Source: an uncultured Rikenellaceae bacterium
GTDB lineage: Bacteria; Bacteroidota; Bacteroidia; Bacteroidales; VadinHA17
Length of the DNA: 64,000 nt
Direction of reading: 5' to 3'
Assembly: GCA_964599235.1 (NCBI GenBank)
Contig: CAZRDX010000052.1
Span: forward strand, 7,235 to 71,234
A program made the translations under genes and the position numbers. How positions within the stretch are numbered: position 1 is the first letter of the stretch; every line of letters starts with the position of its first letter. Positions 52,455-61,356 of the stretch are shown in pieces. Below the pieces are notes generated by a model. The model was not told the DNA's origin. It searched no databases and saw nothing but the letters and a program-made list of their open reading frames with translations.

Positions 52455-53477
52455 ATGTCGCCGCAGAGATCCATACACATCATCACCCGCAACGAAGCGA
52501 TGCGGACCTTGCTCACCCGTCTCGACAGGGTGGTGGACAGCCCCACCACGATCCTGCTGATCGGAGAGACGGGCGTGGGCAAAGAGATCCTGGCCGAATA
52601 CATCCACCGCAGCAGCAACCGGGCCGATCGGCCCTTCATCAAGATCAGCCTCTCCGCCGTACCCTCCGAACTGCTGGCCAGCGAACTGTTCGGCTACGAA
52701 CGGGGAGCTTTCACCGGCGCCCGTGAGAGCAGAAAAGGCCTTTTCGAGATGGCCCATACCGGCACTATCTTTCTCGATGATATCGATGATGTACCGGTGG
52801 AAATGCAGGTCAAGCTGCTGCGCTTCCTGGAGAACCGGGAGTTAAGGCGGGTGGGAGGCAGCCGCTCCATTCCCGTGGATGTACGCATTATCTCGGCCTC
52901 CAAAGTGCCCCTGGAAGAGATCGTACGGCAACGGAACTTCCGGGAAGATCTTTTTTACCGGCTCAATGTCCTGCCTTTCCATATCCCGCCGTTGCGTGAA
53001 CGACGCGACGACATCCCGCTGCTGACCGACTATTTTGTCAGGCATTACGGTGGCGGGAAGGAGGTTCGTTTCACTCCGGAGGCCATGTCGGCGATGATGG
53101 CCTACCACTGGCCGGGCAACGTACGGGAACTGCGCAACGTGGTACAACGGGTCCTGGCTTTCGCCGACGAGACCGTCCGCCGTTCCGACCTCCCCCCCGA
53201 AGTGCTGCGATACTCCGCCGTGGAACAGATAATCGAGGCCTGTCGCACCTGCTTCCTGGTGAAAGGGATGAAACTCACCGACATCGTTTCTTGCGTGGAG
53301 AGCAACCTGCTCCGGGAGGCTTTGCGAAAAAGCGGCGGCAACCAGTCGGAAGCTGCCCGTCTCCTTCAGCTGAGCCTCTCCACCTTCCGCGACAAAATGG
53401 CCAAATATGCCCATCACACCCCGAAATGTCCTCCTCCGAAGGCCAACCCCAAAAAAACGGGTCACGGAACCTCGTAA
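52455..53477 (+). CDS. Sigma-54-dependent transcriptional activator (bEBP) lacking an N-terminal sensory/receiver domain
   Basis: ORF 52338-53477 overlaps hypC out of frame and is trimmed to ATG 52455. The AAA+ domain starts within about 25 aa (Walker A GETGVGKE), then GAFTGA (ERGAFTGA), Walker B FLDDIDD, ELRNV, and a C-terminal Fis-type HTH GGNQSEAARLLQLSLSTFRDKM. Confidence 0.85.
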   Translation: MSPQRSIHIITRNEAMRTLLTRLDRVVDSPTTILLIGETGVGKEILAEYIHRSSNRADRPFIKISLSAVPSELLASELFGYERGAFTGARESRKGLFEMAHTGTIFLDDIDDVPVEMQVKLLRFLENRELRRVGGSRSIPVDVRIISASKVPLEEIVRQRNFREDLFYRLNVLPFHIPPLRERRDDIPLLTDYFVRHYGGGKEVRFTPEAMSAMMAYHWPGNVRELRNVVQRVLAFADETVRRSDLPPEVLRYSAVEQIIEACRTCFLVKGMKLTDIVSCVESNLLREALRKSGGNQSEAARLLQLSLSTFRDKMAKYAHHTPKCPPPKANPKKTGHGTS

Positions 53478-53607
53478 GTTTTCCTGCGGCTGTCCGCAGA
53501 TCGCTCATCCTTTTCCCATCTGTCTCCGCACCCGCAAAAAATCCCAACAACTCACAACCCTCTGTATATCTGAACCGTACAAATTCTCCCCCCACTCCTG
53601 CAGCTCG

Positions 53608-53623
53608 TGGCACAACCCTTGAC
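53608..53623 (+). promoter_or_regulatory. Candidate sigma-54 (-24/-12) promoter upstream of the hydrogenase structural genes
   Basis: TGGCACAACCCTTGAC: TGGCAC then 5 nt then TTGA, which is the correct -24/-12 spacing. The -12 element reads GA instead of the consensus GC. It lies 27 nt upstream of ATG 53650 and 32 nt upstream of GTG 53655. Confidence 0.45.
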
Positions 53624-53654
53624 CTAAGGCAAGGAGGGAGCAATAAGAAATGTT

Positions 53655-53873
53655 GTGGACTCCCACGAATTCATATGGCCGGGGGAGGTGGTGGGACTGA
53701 TGGTCCACGAGCGGGCCTGTCATTTGAGGGTCCATCTGCCGGACCGTCTGATGGATGTATGTATCAGCGGGGAGGAGGTGTTCCGTCTGGGCGACCGTGT
53801 GATCATCGAAGGACATCTCGTGGTGGGTACGGTCCGGAAAACCACCACCCTGTATGACGAGGAAGATCAGTAA
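53655..53873 (+). CDS. Small hypothetical protein (72 aa), possible first gene of the hydrogenase structural operon
   Basis: GTG-start ORF ending 17 nt before the small-subunit gene. Third codon positions are mostly G/C, like the neighbouring genes. It is preceded by AAGGAGGG (53631-53638). No family recognised. Confidence 0.35.
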   Translation: MDSHEFIWPGEVVGLMVHERACHLRVHLPDRLMDVCISGEEVFRLGDRVIIEGHLVVGTVRKTTTLYDEEDQ

Positions 53874-53890
53874 TCCCAAATACCAGCATC

Positions 53891-55006
53891 ATGCCTGAAA
53901 AAAGACCTACTGTGTACGAGGAAGTGATCGCGAAAGGTTATTCGCGGCGTGATTTCCTCAAGTTCTGCGGGATGATGGGGGCTTTGCTGGGTCTGGAGTT
54001 CAGCAGTGTGGGTCGCATCGTGAGAGCGATGGAGACCCGTCCCCGTCCGCCCGTATTGTGGCTGCATTTCCAGGAGTGCACCTGTTGCAGCGAGTCGTTC
54101 ATTCGTTCGTCGCACCCCATCGTGGCGGACATCCTGCTCGACAAGGTGTCGCTCGACTACACCGAGACGCTGATGGCTGCGGCAGGTCATCAGGCCGAGG
54201 CCAACCTCCGCGACACGATGAAGCAATACCATGGGGAATACATCCTGATGGTGGAGGGATCTGTTCCTGTCAAGGACAAAGCCTATTGCTGCATCGCAGG
54301 GCGCACGGCCTACGACATTTTGCAGGAGGCGGCCGAGGGTGCCAAAGCCGTCATTGCATGGGGCAACTGTGCCGTGTCGGGCTGTGTACAGGGAGCTGCC
54401 CCCAACCCGACGGGGGCCACGCCCGTCCACAAGCTGGTGCGCGGCAAGCCGGTCATCAACGTCCAGGGTTGCCCGCCCATCGCCGAGGTGATGGCCGGGG
54501 TGGTGGTGTATCTCCTGACCTTCAACCGGTTCCCCGACCTCGACGGTCTGGGACGACCGAAAGCCTTCTTCTCCAGGCGGGTCCACGACACCTGTTATCG
54601 TCGTCCCAATTTCGATGCGGGCCTTTTTGTAGAGACCTTCGATGACGAGAACGCCCGCCGGGGCTACTGTCTCTACAAGATCGGTTGTCGCGGACCGGTG
54701 ACCTACAACTCCTGCGGGGTGATGCGCTGGAACGACGGCACCAGCTTCCCCATCCAGTCGGGACACCCCTGTATTGGTTGCAGTGAAGCCAATTTCTGGG
54801 ATAACGGACCTTTCTACAGTCACCTCTCCAGCTTCCCGGGCTTTGGCGTGGAGACCACCGCCGATGACATCGGGCTGGCCGTGGGGGCCGTGACCGCTGC
54901 GGGCATCACCGCCCATGCCATCGTGACCAACATACGCAAGCGGAAGATGATCCGCAAAGGGATCATCCACCCCGAAGAAGAGAATGATGATCAAGAAAGG
55001 AGTTAA
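53891..55006 (+). CDS. hyaA: [NiFe] hydrogenase small subunit (TAT-exported, membrane-bound uptake type)
   Basis: 371-aa ORF. Twin-arginine signal SRRDFLKFCGMMGALLGL. Cys clusters LHFQECTCCSES, GNCAVSGC, GCPP, and C-terminal CYRRPNFDAG...CLYKIGCRGP...CIGCSE. C-terminal hydrophobic anchor. Confidence 0.95.
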   Translation: MPEKRPTVYEEVIAKGYSRRDFLKFCGMMGALLGLEFSSVGRIVRAMETRPRPPVLWLHFQECTCCSESFIRSSHPIVADILLDKVSLDYTETLMAAAGHQAEANLRDTMKQYHGEYILMVEGSVPVKDKAYCCIAGRTAYDILQEAAEGAKAVIAWGNCAVSGCVQGAAPNPTGATPVHKLVRGKPVINVQGCPPIAEVMAGVVVYLLTFNRFPDLDGLGRPKAFFSRRVHDTCYRRPNFDAGLFVETFDDENARRGYCLYKIGCRGPVTYNSCGVMRWNDGTSFPIQSGHPCIGCSEANFWDNGPFYSHLSSFPGFGVETTADDIGLAVGAVTAAGITAHAIVTNIRKRKMIRKGIIHPEEENDDQERS

Positions 55007-55008
55007 TC

Positions 55009-56727
55009 ATGGCCAAGAGAATTGTTGTCGACCCCATCACACGCATCGAAGGACATCTGCGTATCGAAGCCGAAGTGCGCGACGGACGCATCGTCGATGC
55101 ATACAGCTCCGGCACCATGGTGCGGGGCATTGAGAAGATCCTGCGGGGCCGTGACCCCCGCGATGCCTGGGCATTCACCGAGCGGGTGTGTGGTGTATGC
55201 ACCACGGTCCATGCCCTGGCCTCGGTACGTTGTGTGGAGGATGCCCTTGACATCGTCGTACCTCCCAATGCCGAGCTGATCCGCAACCTGATGTTCGTCA
55301 CCCAGTTCATGCACGACCACGTGGTCCATTTCTACCATCTGCATGCGCTCGACTGGGTGGATCTGATCTCTGCGCTGAAGGCCGATCCCGAAGCCACTTC
55401 GCAGCTGGCCATGTCGATCTCTCCCTGGCCGAAGAGTTCCCGGGGCTATTTCTCCGACCTGCAGCAGCGCCTGAAGCGCTTTGTGGAGAGCGGTCAACTG
55501 GGTATCTTCCGCAACGGCTACTGGGGCCACAAGGCTTACCGTCTGCCGCCGGAGGTCAACCTGTTAGGGGTGGCCCACTACCTGGAAGCCCTCGAATGGC
55601 AGAAGGAGATCGTCAAGGTCCACACCATCCTGGGAGGAAAGAACCCCCATCCCAATTATCTGGTGGGCGGTGTGCCCTGTGCCATCAACATCGACGAGGA
55701 GAATGCGCTCAACAGCGAACGTCTGGCCATGATCGGCCGGCTGCTGAAGGAGGCGAAAACTTTCGTCGAGCAGGTTTATGTTCCCGACCTTCTTGCCGTA
55801 GCCTCGTATTACAAAGACTGGGGTTCTATTGGCGGAGGACTGACGAACTACCTGGTCTATGGCGACCTGCCCACCGCCGGCATCCGTGAGCCGGGGCTTT
55901 TCAAGTTCCCCCGCGGCATCATCCTCGACCGCAACCTGAACGAGGTGGTGGAGGTGGATGGCGCCGAGGCCGAGGAGATCCAGGAGTTCATCGCCCATTC
56001 CTGGTACAGCTATCAGGAAGGTGACGAGACAGGCAAGCATCCCTGGGACGGCGAGACCGAGTTCAATTTCACCGGTCCCGAGCCGCCTTACGAGCAGCTG
56101 AACGTGGAGGGCAAGTACAGCTGGCTGAAGACACCCCGCTGGAAAGGCAAGCCCATGGAGGTAGGGCCGTTGGCGCGGGTGCTGGTGGGCTATGCTTCGG
56201 GTCGCGACGAGTTCCGTGAGGTGGTGGAGATGGCCCTGGAGAAGCTGCAGGTACCGGTGGATGCGCTCTTCTCGACGCTGGGACGTACGGCCGCCCGCGG
56301 GCTGGAGACACTGCTCGTCGCCCGCTGGGCCCGGGAGTTCTACGACCAGCTGCTCAGCAACATCCGCGCAGGCGACACCCGCACCTTCAACCACGAAAGG
56401 TGGGAGCCGCGCATGTGGCCCGCCGAAGCAAAAGGTGTGGGCATGAGCGAAGCTCCCCGGGGAGCCCTGGCACACTGGATACGTATCCGCGACGGACTCA
56501 TCGAGAACTATCAGATGGTGGTGCCCAGTACCTGGAATGCCTCACCACGCGACCCGGCAGGACAACGCTCCGCTTATGAAGCAGCCCTCATAGACACCCC
56601 CGTGGCCGATCCCGAACAACCGCTCGAGATCCTGCGGACGATCCATTCGTTCGATCCCTGTATCGCCTGCGCCGTCCATCTCTACGACGAGAACGGCACC
56701 TACGTCCACCAGGTACAGGTGTTCTGA
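55009..56727 (+). CDS. hyaB: [NiFe] hydrogenase large subunit
   Basis: 572-aa ORF. DPITRIEGHLRIE, N-terminal RVCGVCTTVH, and C-terminal DPCIACAVH followed by a 15-aa extension, the expected substrate of the maturation protease. Confidence 0.95.
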   Translation: MAKRIVVDPITRIEGHLRIEAEVRDGRIVDAYSSGTMVRGIEKILRGRDPRDAWAFTERVCGVCTTVHALASVRCVEDALDIVVPPNAELIRNLMFVTQFMHDHVVHFYHLHALDWVDLISALKADPEATSQLAMSISPWPKSSRGYFSDLQQRLKRFVESGQLGIFRNGYWGHKAYRLPPEVNLLGVAHYLEALEWQKEIVKVHTILGGKNPHPNYLVGGVPCAINIDEENALNSERLAMIGRLLKEAKTFVEQVYVPDLLAVASYYKDWGSIGGGLTNYLVYGDLPTAGIREPGLFKFPRGIILDRNLNEVVEVDGAEAEEIQEFIAHSWYSYQEGDETGKHPWDGETEFNFTGPEPPYEQLNVEGKYSWLKTPRWKGKPMEVGPLARVLVGYASGRDEFREVVEMALEKLQVPVDALFSTLGRTAARGLETLLVARWAREFYDQLLSNIRAGDTRTFNHERWEPRMWPAEAKGVGMSEAPRGALAHWIRIRDGLIENYQMVVPSTWNASPRDPAGQRSAYEAALIDTPVADPEQPLEILRTIHSFDPCIACAVHLYDENGTYVHQVQVF

Positions 56728-56780
56728 CGGAATCAGCAGATGATCATCTCGGAACACAAAAACCGGAAAAAAGAGAAGTC

Positions 56781-57455
56781 ATGACCAAGATCAAAAGAAT
56801 ATATGTCTGGGAGATCCCGGTACGCTTCTACCATTGGGTGAACATGGCATGCATCATCGTGCTGAGCATCACGGGATATTTTATCGGGAATCCTCCCGCC
56901 ATCCAGCACAGTACCGAAGCTTATGCCAACTATTGGTTCGGAATCAACCGGTTCATCCATTTCCTGGCGGCTTACATCTTTTTCTTCAACTTCCTGTTGC
57001 GCATCTACTGGGCCTTTGCAGGCAACCGGTACGCCAGCTGGAGGAATTTCATCCCATACCGCAAGGAGCAGTGGAAAGAGATCCTGGAAGTCCTGAAGGT
57101 GGACATCCTGCAGTTGAAGACCTGGACTTTCGAATCCAAGGGGCACAATGCCCTGGCCAGTTTCACCTATTTCATCATGTTCCTGGCCTTCATCCTTCAG
57201 TGTCTTACCGGTTTCGGGATGTATGCTGCCATGAGCAGGTCGTGGTTCCCTCAGTTGTTTGCCTGGTTCGTCCCGCTGGTAGGGGGTGACATGGCCGCCC
57301 GGCACATCCATCACATCCTGATGTGGGTGTTCATCATCTTTGCGATGATCCATGTCTACCTGGTGGTGTACCACGACTATGTGGAACGTACGGGGGTAGC
57401 TTCCTCGATGATCAGCGGGTGGAAGTTCGTCACCGACGGGAAGCACGAGGAGTGA
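56781..57455 (+). CDS. hyaC: Ni/Fe-hydrogenase b-type cytochrome subunit
   Basis: 224-aa ORF with four TM segments. VWEIPVRFYHWVN N-terminus and conserved His residues (RFIHF, HHILMW, HVYLV). Confidence 0.9.
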   Translation: MTKIKRIYVWEIPVRFYHWVNMACIIVLSITGYFIGNPPAIQHSTEAYANYWFGINRFIHFLAAYIFFFNFLLRIYWAFAGNRYASWRNFIPYRKEQWKEILEVLKVDILQLKTWTFESKGHNALASFTYFIMFLAFILQCLTGFGMYAAMSRSWFPQLFAWFVPLVGGDMAARHIHHILMWVFIIFAMIHVYLVVYHDYVERTGVASSMISGWKFVTDGKHEE

Positions 57456-59126
57456 TCATTCGTCCGCTGCTGCTGCGAGCAGTTCGCGGGCGTTGAGCAG
57501 GGCGGCTTCGCTCAGCTCGCGGCCGCTGAGCATGCGGGCGATCTCGGTGACCCGCTCGTCGGGCGAGAGTTTTTTCACGCTTGTCCGGGTATGCCCGTCG
57601 GTCTCTTCCTTGTACACCAAGTAGTGGTCCTCGCCCCTGCTGGCGATCTGGGGCAGGTGGGTGATGTTGATCACCTGCATGTGACGGCTCATGCGGGCGA
57701 TGATGCGCCCCATGCGGTCGGCGATATCCCCGGAGACGCCGCTGTCGATCTCGTCGAAGACGATGGTGGGCAGACCCCGCGTGGCGGTGAGGAGCGACTT
57801 GAGGCTCAGCATGATCCTCGAGAGCTCGCCGCCCGAGGCCACCTTGCCGATCTCGCGGGGAGCACCCTGACGTGTGGCGGAGAAGAGGAACAACACCTTG
57901 TCGAAACCTTCGGGGCCCGGTTCTTCGCGTCGTTCCAGCCGTATCTCGAAGCGTGCAGAGGGGATGCCCAGCTCCCGCAGCAGGGCGGTCACCTGACGGG
58001 CGGTCTCCTCCCGCACCCCCTCGCGACGGCGGGTGAGCTCGTCACCCAGCTGTAAGACCTGCGCATGCTGTTCTTCCATCTCTTTCTCCAGACGGTTGAG
58101 ACGGGTATCATAAGAGGTGATGGTGTTGATCTTGCGGTCGAGCTCTTTCTGCAGTTCGAGGAGCTCCGCTACATCCGACACATGGTGTTTGTCAAGGAGA
58201 TGGTAGAGGGTGTTGAGACGTTCGCGCAGCTCCCCGGCACGCGCAGGGTCGTACTCGGTATCCTGTCCCCGCACCTCCATCTCGGCCGCCAGGTCCTGCA
58301 GTTCGAGGTAGACGCTCTCGAGACGCTGCACATATTCCTCGCTCCGGGGCAGGTAAGACCCTATCCGTTCGAGGGTGTGGATCACCTCGCGCAGACGGTC
58401 GGTGACGGCACCTTCCTCCCTGCCTGCAAGCTCTTCCCAGGCGCTCATCAGTGCGCTCTTGATCTCGCCGGCATGATCGAGGAGCTGCAGCTCCTGCTCC
58501 AGCTCCTCCTGTTCCCCTTCGCGCAGCCCGGCTGCCTCCAGCTCTTCGTACTGGAACCGGTAATAGTCGAGGTCGGCAGTGGCACGGGCAGCCTGTTCAC
58601 GCAGTTCTTCCAGTTCTTTCTCCGTCATTCTGAAAGCTTCGTAGGCGGCACGGTACTTGGCCAGCAGGGTGTCGCTCCCGCCGAAAGCATCGAGCACCTT
58701 CATCTGGAAGGCGGGAGAGGAAAGGAGAACCCCCTGATGCTGGGAGTGGACATCGATAAGGGTACGTCCGAGACGCTGCAATACGGCCAGCGTCACGGGC
58801 GTATCGTTGATGAAGGCCCGCGACTTGCCCGCCGGCGTGATCTCGCGCCGGATGAGCGTCTCCTCCTCATAGTCGAGGTCCTCCTCCTCGAAGAAAGACT
58901 TCAGCTCATAGTTACGCAGATCGAAGAGTGCCTCCACCACACATTTGCGTTCCTTGTCGAGCAATACGCCGGTGTCGGCCCGCTTGCCCGTCACCAGGTC
59001 GAGTGCCCCCAGGATGATCGACTTGCCGGCACCCGTCTCGCCCGAAAGGATCGTCAGGCCGGGACCAAAGGTGAGCTCCACCTCGTCGATGAGCGCATAA
59101 TTCCGGATGAGAAGCGATCGAAGCAT
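57456..59126 (-). CDS. recN: DNA repair protein RecN
   Basis: 556-aa ORF. MLRSLLIRNYALIDEVELTFGPGLTILSGETGAGKSI N-terminus, long coiled-coil middle, and C-terminal SGGELSRIMLSLK and TIVFDEIDSGVSG. Confidence 0.95.
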   Translation of the reverse strand: MLRSLLIRNYALIDEVELTFGPGLTILSGETGAGKSIILGALDLVTGKRADTGVLLDKERKCVVEALFDLRNYELKSFFEEEDLDYEEETLIRREITPAGKSRAFINDTPVTLAVLQRLGRTLIDVHSQHQGVLLSSPAFQMKVLDAFGGSDTLLAKYRAAYEAFRMTEKELEELREQAARATADLDYYRFQYEELEAAGLREGEQEELEQELQLLDHAGEIKSALMSAWEELAGREEGAVTDRLREVIHTLERIGSYLPRSEEYVQRLESVYLELQDLAAEMEVRGQDTEYDPARAGELRERLNTLYHLLDKHHVSDVAELLELQKELDRKINTITSYDTRLNRLEKEMEEQHAQVLQLGDELTRRREGVREETARQVTALLRELGIPSARFEIRLERREEPGPEGFDKVLFLFSATRQGAPREIGKVASGGELSRIMLSLKSLLTATRGLPTIVFDEIDSGVSGDIADRMGRIIARMSRHMQVINITHLPQIASRGEDHYLVYKEETDGHTRTSVKKLSPDERVTEIARMLSGRELSEAALLNARELLAAAADE

Positions 59127-59186
59127 CGTCAGTGAACAGCTTGGCAGAAGGTAAAACTAATGAAAATTTTCCTCAGAGGAAAGGGC

Positions 59187-60143
59187 TCACTGCGCCTTGA
59201 GCATCTTGTCGTACTTCTGTACGTTGGCCGGGTCGATCTCTTTCATGATGAGGTAGACCCGGTGTTTCTCGTCGGGGAAGGATTCGGAAAAGATGTTGAT
59301 GATCTCATCCCTCTTGGCATCGAGCACCACATTGAGGAAGAGCATGTAAGGGTCGGGTTTGTGGCGGTAGACATCGCGCAGCAGTTCGAGGCTGCTGGCG
59401 ATCTCGGCCCTTCCCTGGGCCAGCTGACTCTCCATCACGTCGAGGCCTTTCCTGTGGTAACGGTAGATGAACTCCCGCACCGGCGCGTAGTTGTTGTCGA
59501 GGATGTTCTGGATCAGCCAGTAACGGTTGCGGTTGCGGTTCCCGGAAAAAGGTTTCCACCCCGGCTCCACGGCGTTCTGCGCATTGCTGACGATCTGCTG
59601 GGCCTTGAGAAAATAAGGGGTACCCCCCTTCATGCTGAACGAATCGTAATCGAGACCGATGATGATGTAGGCATAATAGGCCAGCACCGAAGTCAGATTG
59701 GAAAGAAAAGTGGTCTCATCGAACTCCAGCGGCTGGAACTCCACATAGGTGAACTGGAACTGGTTGTCGATGAAATTGAACATCGTGGTGTTGTAAGCCG
59801 TGTTGTAGACCGGACGGCTCGACTGAATATGGAGCGTGCCCTTGAACTGGTCGGAAGAGATCTGTTCGGTGAGGTTGATCAGCAACGTGCACTCGATGCG
59901 TTCGTTGGGGTCGAACTTGTTGTTGGTCCAGACCGTATTGTTCATAAACTCGTAAATGGCCCGCTGCAGGTTACGGAACTTCTCCTGGTACGATCCCTGG
60001 ATCTTCTGGGCAGAGACGGAGACGTTGCACATCAACTCCTGGGCTGCAACCTGCCGGGGGAAGAGAAGGAGCAGCATCAGGACAGCCAGGACCGGTGCCG
60101 TCCGGGCAGATGTATACCGCATGCTGTTGGCCCGAAAGGTCAT
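59187..60143 (-). CDS. DUF4835 family protein (PorD-type, type IX secretion associated)
   Basis: 318-aa ORF whose start overlaps the coaBC stop by 4 nt. Signal peptide then QELMCNVSVSAQKIQGS and the FTYVEFQPLEFDE pattern. Conserved position between coaBC and recN as in other Bacteroidota. Confidence 0.75.
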   Translation of the reverse strand: MTFRANSMRYTSARTAPVLAVLMLLLLFPRQVAAQELMCNVSVSAQKIQGSYQEKFRNLQRAIYEFMNNTVWTNNKFDPNERIECTLLINLTEQISSDQFKGTLHIQSSRPVYNTAYNTTMFNFIDNQFQFTYVEFQPLEFDETTFLSNLTSVLAYYAYIIIGLDYDSFSMKGGTPYFLKAQQIVSNAQNAVEPGWKPFSGNRNRNRYWLIQNILDNNYAPVREFIYRYHRKGLDVMESQLAQGRAEIASSLELLRDVYRHKPDPYMLFLNVVLDAKRDEIINIFSESFPDEKHRVYLIMKEIDPANVQKYDKMLKAQ

Positions 60144-61351
60144 AGGAAGACTTCCTGGAGGTATTTGAGGATGTCCTCGGCCACCTCGATCTTGGATTTG
60201 AGGGGATATTCCTTCTGGTTGCCCACTTTGTCGATGATGGTGATCTTGTTGGTATCGTAGCCGAATCCTGCCCCTTCGTCGCGAAGGGTGTTGAGGACGA
60301 TGTAATCGAGGTTCTTCTTGCGTATCTTCTCCATGGCGTTCTGCAACTCGTTCTCTGTCTCGAGCGCGAAGCCTACGAGGATCTGTTTGTTGGTCTTCAT
60401 GCGTCCCAGTTCGGCGGCGATGTCGGGGGTAGGCACCAGACGGATCACCAGTTCTTCCCGGTCGCTTTTGACCTTCTGGTCGAAGCGTTCGGCCGGGCGG
60501 AAGTCGGCCACGGCCGCAGCCAGGATGGCCACGTCGCTGGCGGGGAACTCATTTTTTGCCGCCTCGTACATCTCTTCGGCCGAAGTGACGCGGATGACGC
60601 GTATCTTAGGTGAGATGTTGACCCCTTCCACGGGACCGAGGATGAGGGTGGCCTCGGCGCCCATCTGGACCGCTTTCTCGGCCAGGGCGATGCCCATCTT
60701 GCCTGAGGAGTGGTTGCCGATGTAACGCACCGGGTCGATGGCTTCATAGGTAGGTCCGCCGGTGATGAGGATGCGCTTGCCTGCGATCTTGGTCTTTTTC
60801 TTGGGATGACGGGCGAAGAAAGCCTTCATCTCGAGGACGATCTCTTCGGGCTCCATCATCCTGCCCTTTCCCTTGAGGCCGCTGGCCAGCTCTCCCTCGG
60901 GGGATTCGAGCACCTGCACACCCCGTTGCCGGAGGAGCTCCAGGTTCTCCTGCATGGAGTGATGGCCGAACATGTCCATGTCCATGGCCGGTGCCACCAC
61001 CACCGGGCATCGCGCCGAAAGATAGGTGGTGATCAGCAGATTATCACTGATGCCGTGGGCCATCTTGCCCAGCGTGGCTGCGGTGGCGGGAGCGATGAGC
61101 AGCACATCGGCCCAGCGCCCCAGGTCGATGTGACTGTACCACTTGCCGGAAGCGGGATTGAAAGGCTCACTATAAACACGGCTCTCCGAAAGCACCGACA
61201 AGGTCAGGGGCGTGATGAAATCCTTGGCCGCAGGCGTCATGATCACCTTCACGTCAGCCCGCTCCTTCTTCAGCAGACGGACCAGATGAGCCGCCTTGTA
61301 GGCAGCAATGCTGCCCGTGACCCCCAACAGTATTTTCTTACCCTTCAGCAT
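60140..61351 (-). CDS. coaBC: Bifunctional phosphopantothenoylcysteine decarboxylase / phosphopantothenate-cysteine ligase
   Basis: 403-aa ORF. KILLGVTGSIAAYKA, PAMDMDM, ITGGPTYEAIDPVRYIGNHSSGKMG and AAVADFRP. Confidence 0.95.
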   Translation of the reverse strand: MLKGKKILLGVTGSIAAYKAAHLVRLLKKERADVKVIMTPAAKDFITPLTLSVLSESRVYSEPFNPASGKWYSHIDLGRWADVLLIAPATAATLGKMAHGISDNLLITTYLSARCPVVVAPAMDMDMFGHHSMQENLELLRQRGVQVLESPEGELASGLKGKGRMMEPEEIVLEMKAFFARHPKKKTKIAGKRILITGGPTYEAIDPVRYIGNHSSGKMGIALAEKAVQMGAEATLILGPVEGVNISPKIRVIRVTSAEEMYEAAKNEFPASDVAILAAAVADFRPAERFDQKVKSDREELVIRLVPTPDIAAELGRMKTNKQILVGFALETENELQNAMEKIRKKNLDYIVLNTLRDEGAGFGYDTNKITIIDKVGNQKEYPLKSKIEVAEDILKYLQEVFL

Positions 61352-61356
61352 CGGGG

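Noticed and set aside
51610-57455. Possibility that the hydrogenase cluster is incomplete or degenerate because hypA, hypB, hypD, hypE and hypF are absent.
   Set aside because: The structural genes carry all expected metal-ligand motifs, and hypC plus the protease are intact. The remaining hyp genes are commonly encoded elsewhere, so absence from a 64-kb window is not evidence of decay.
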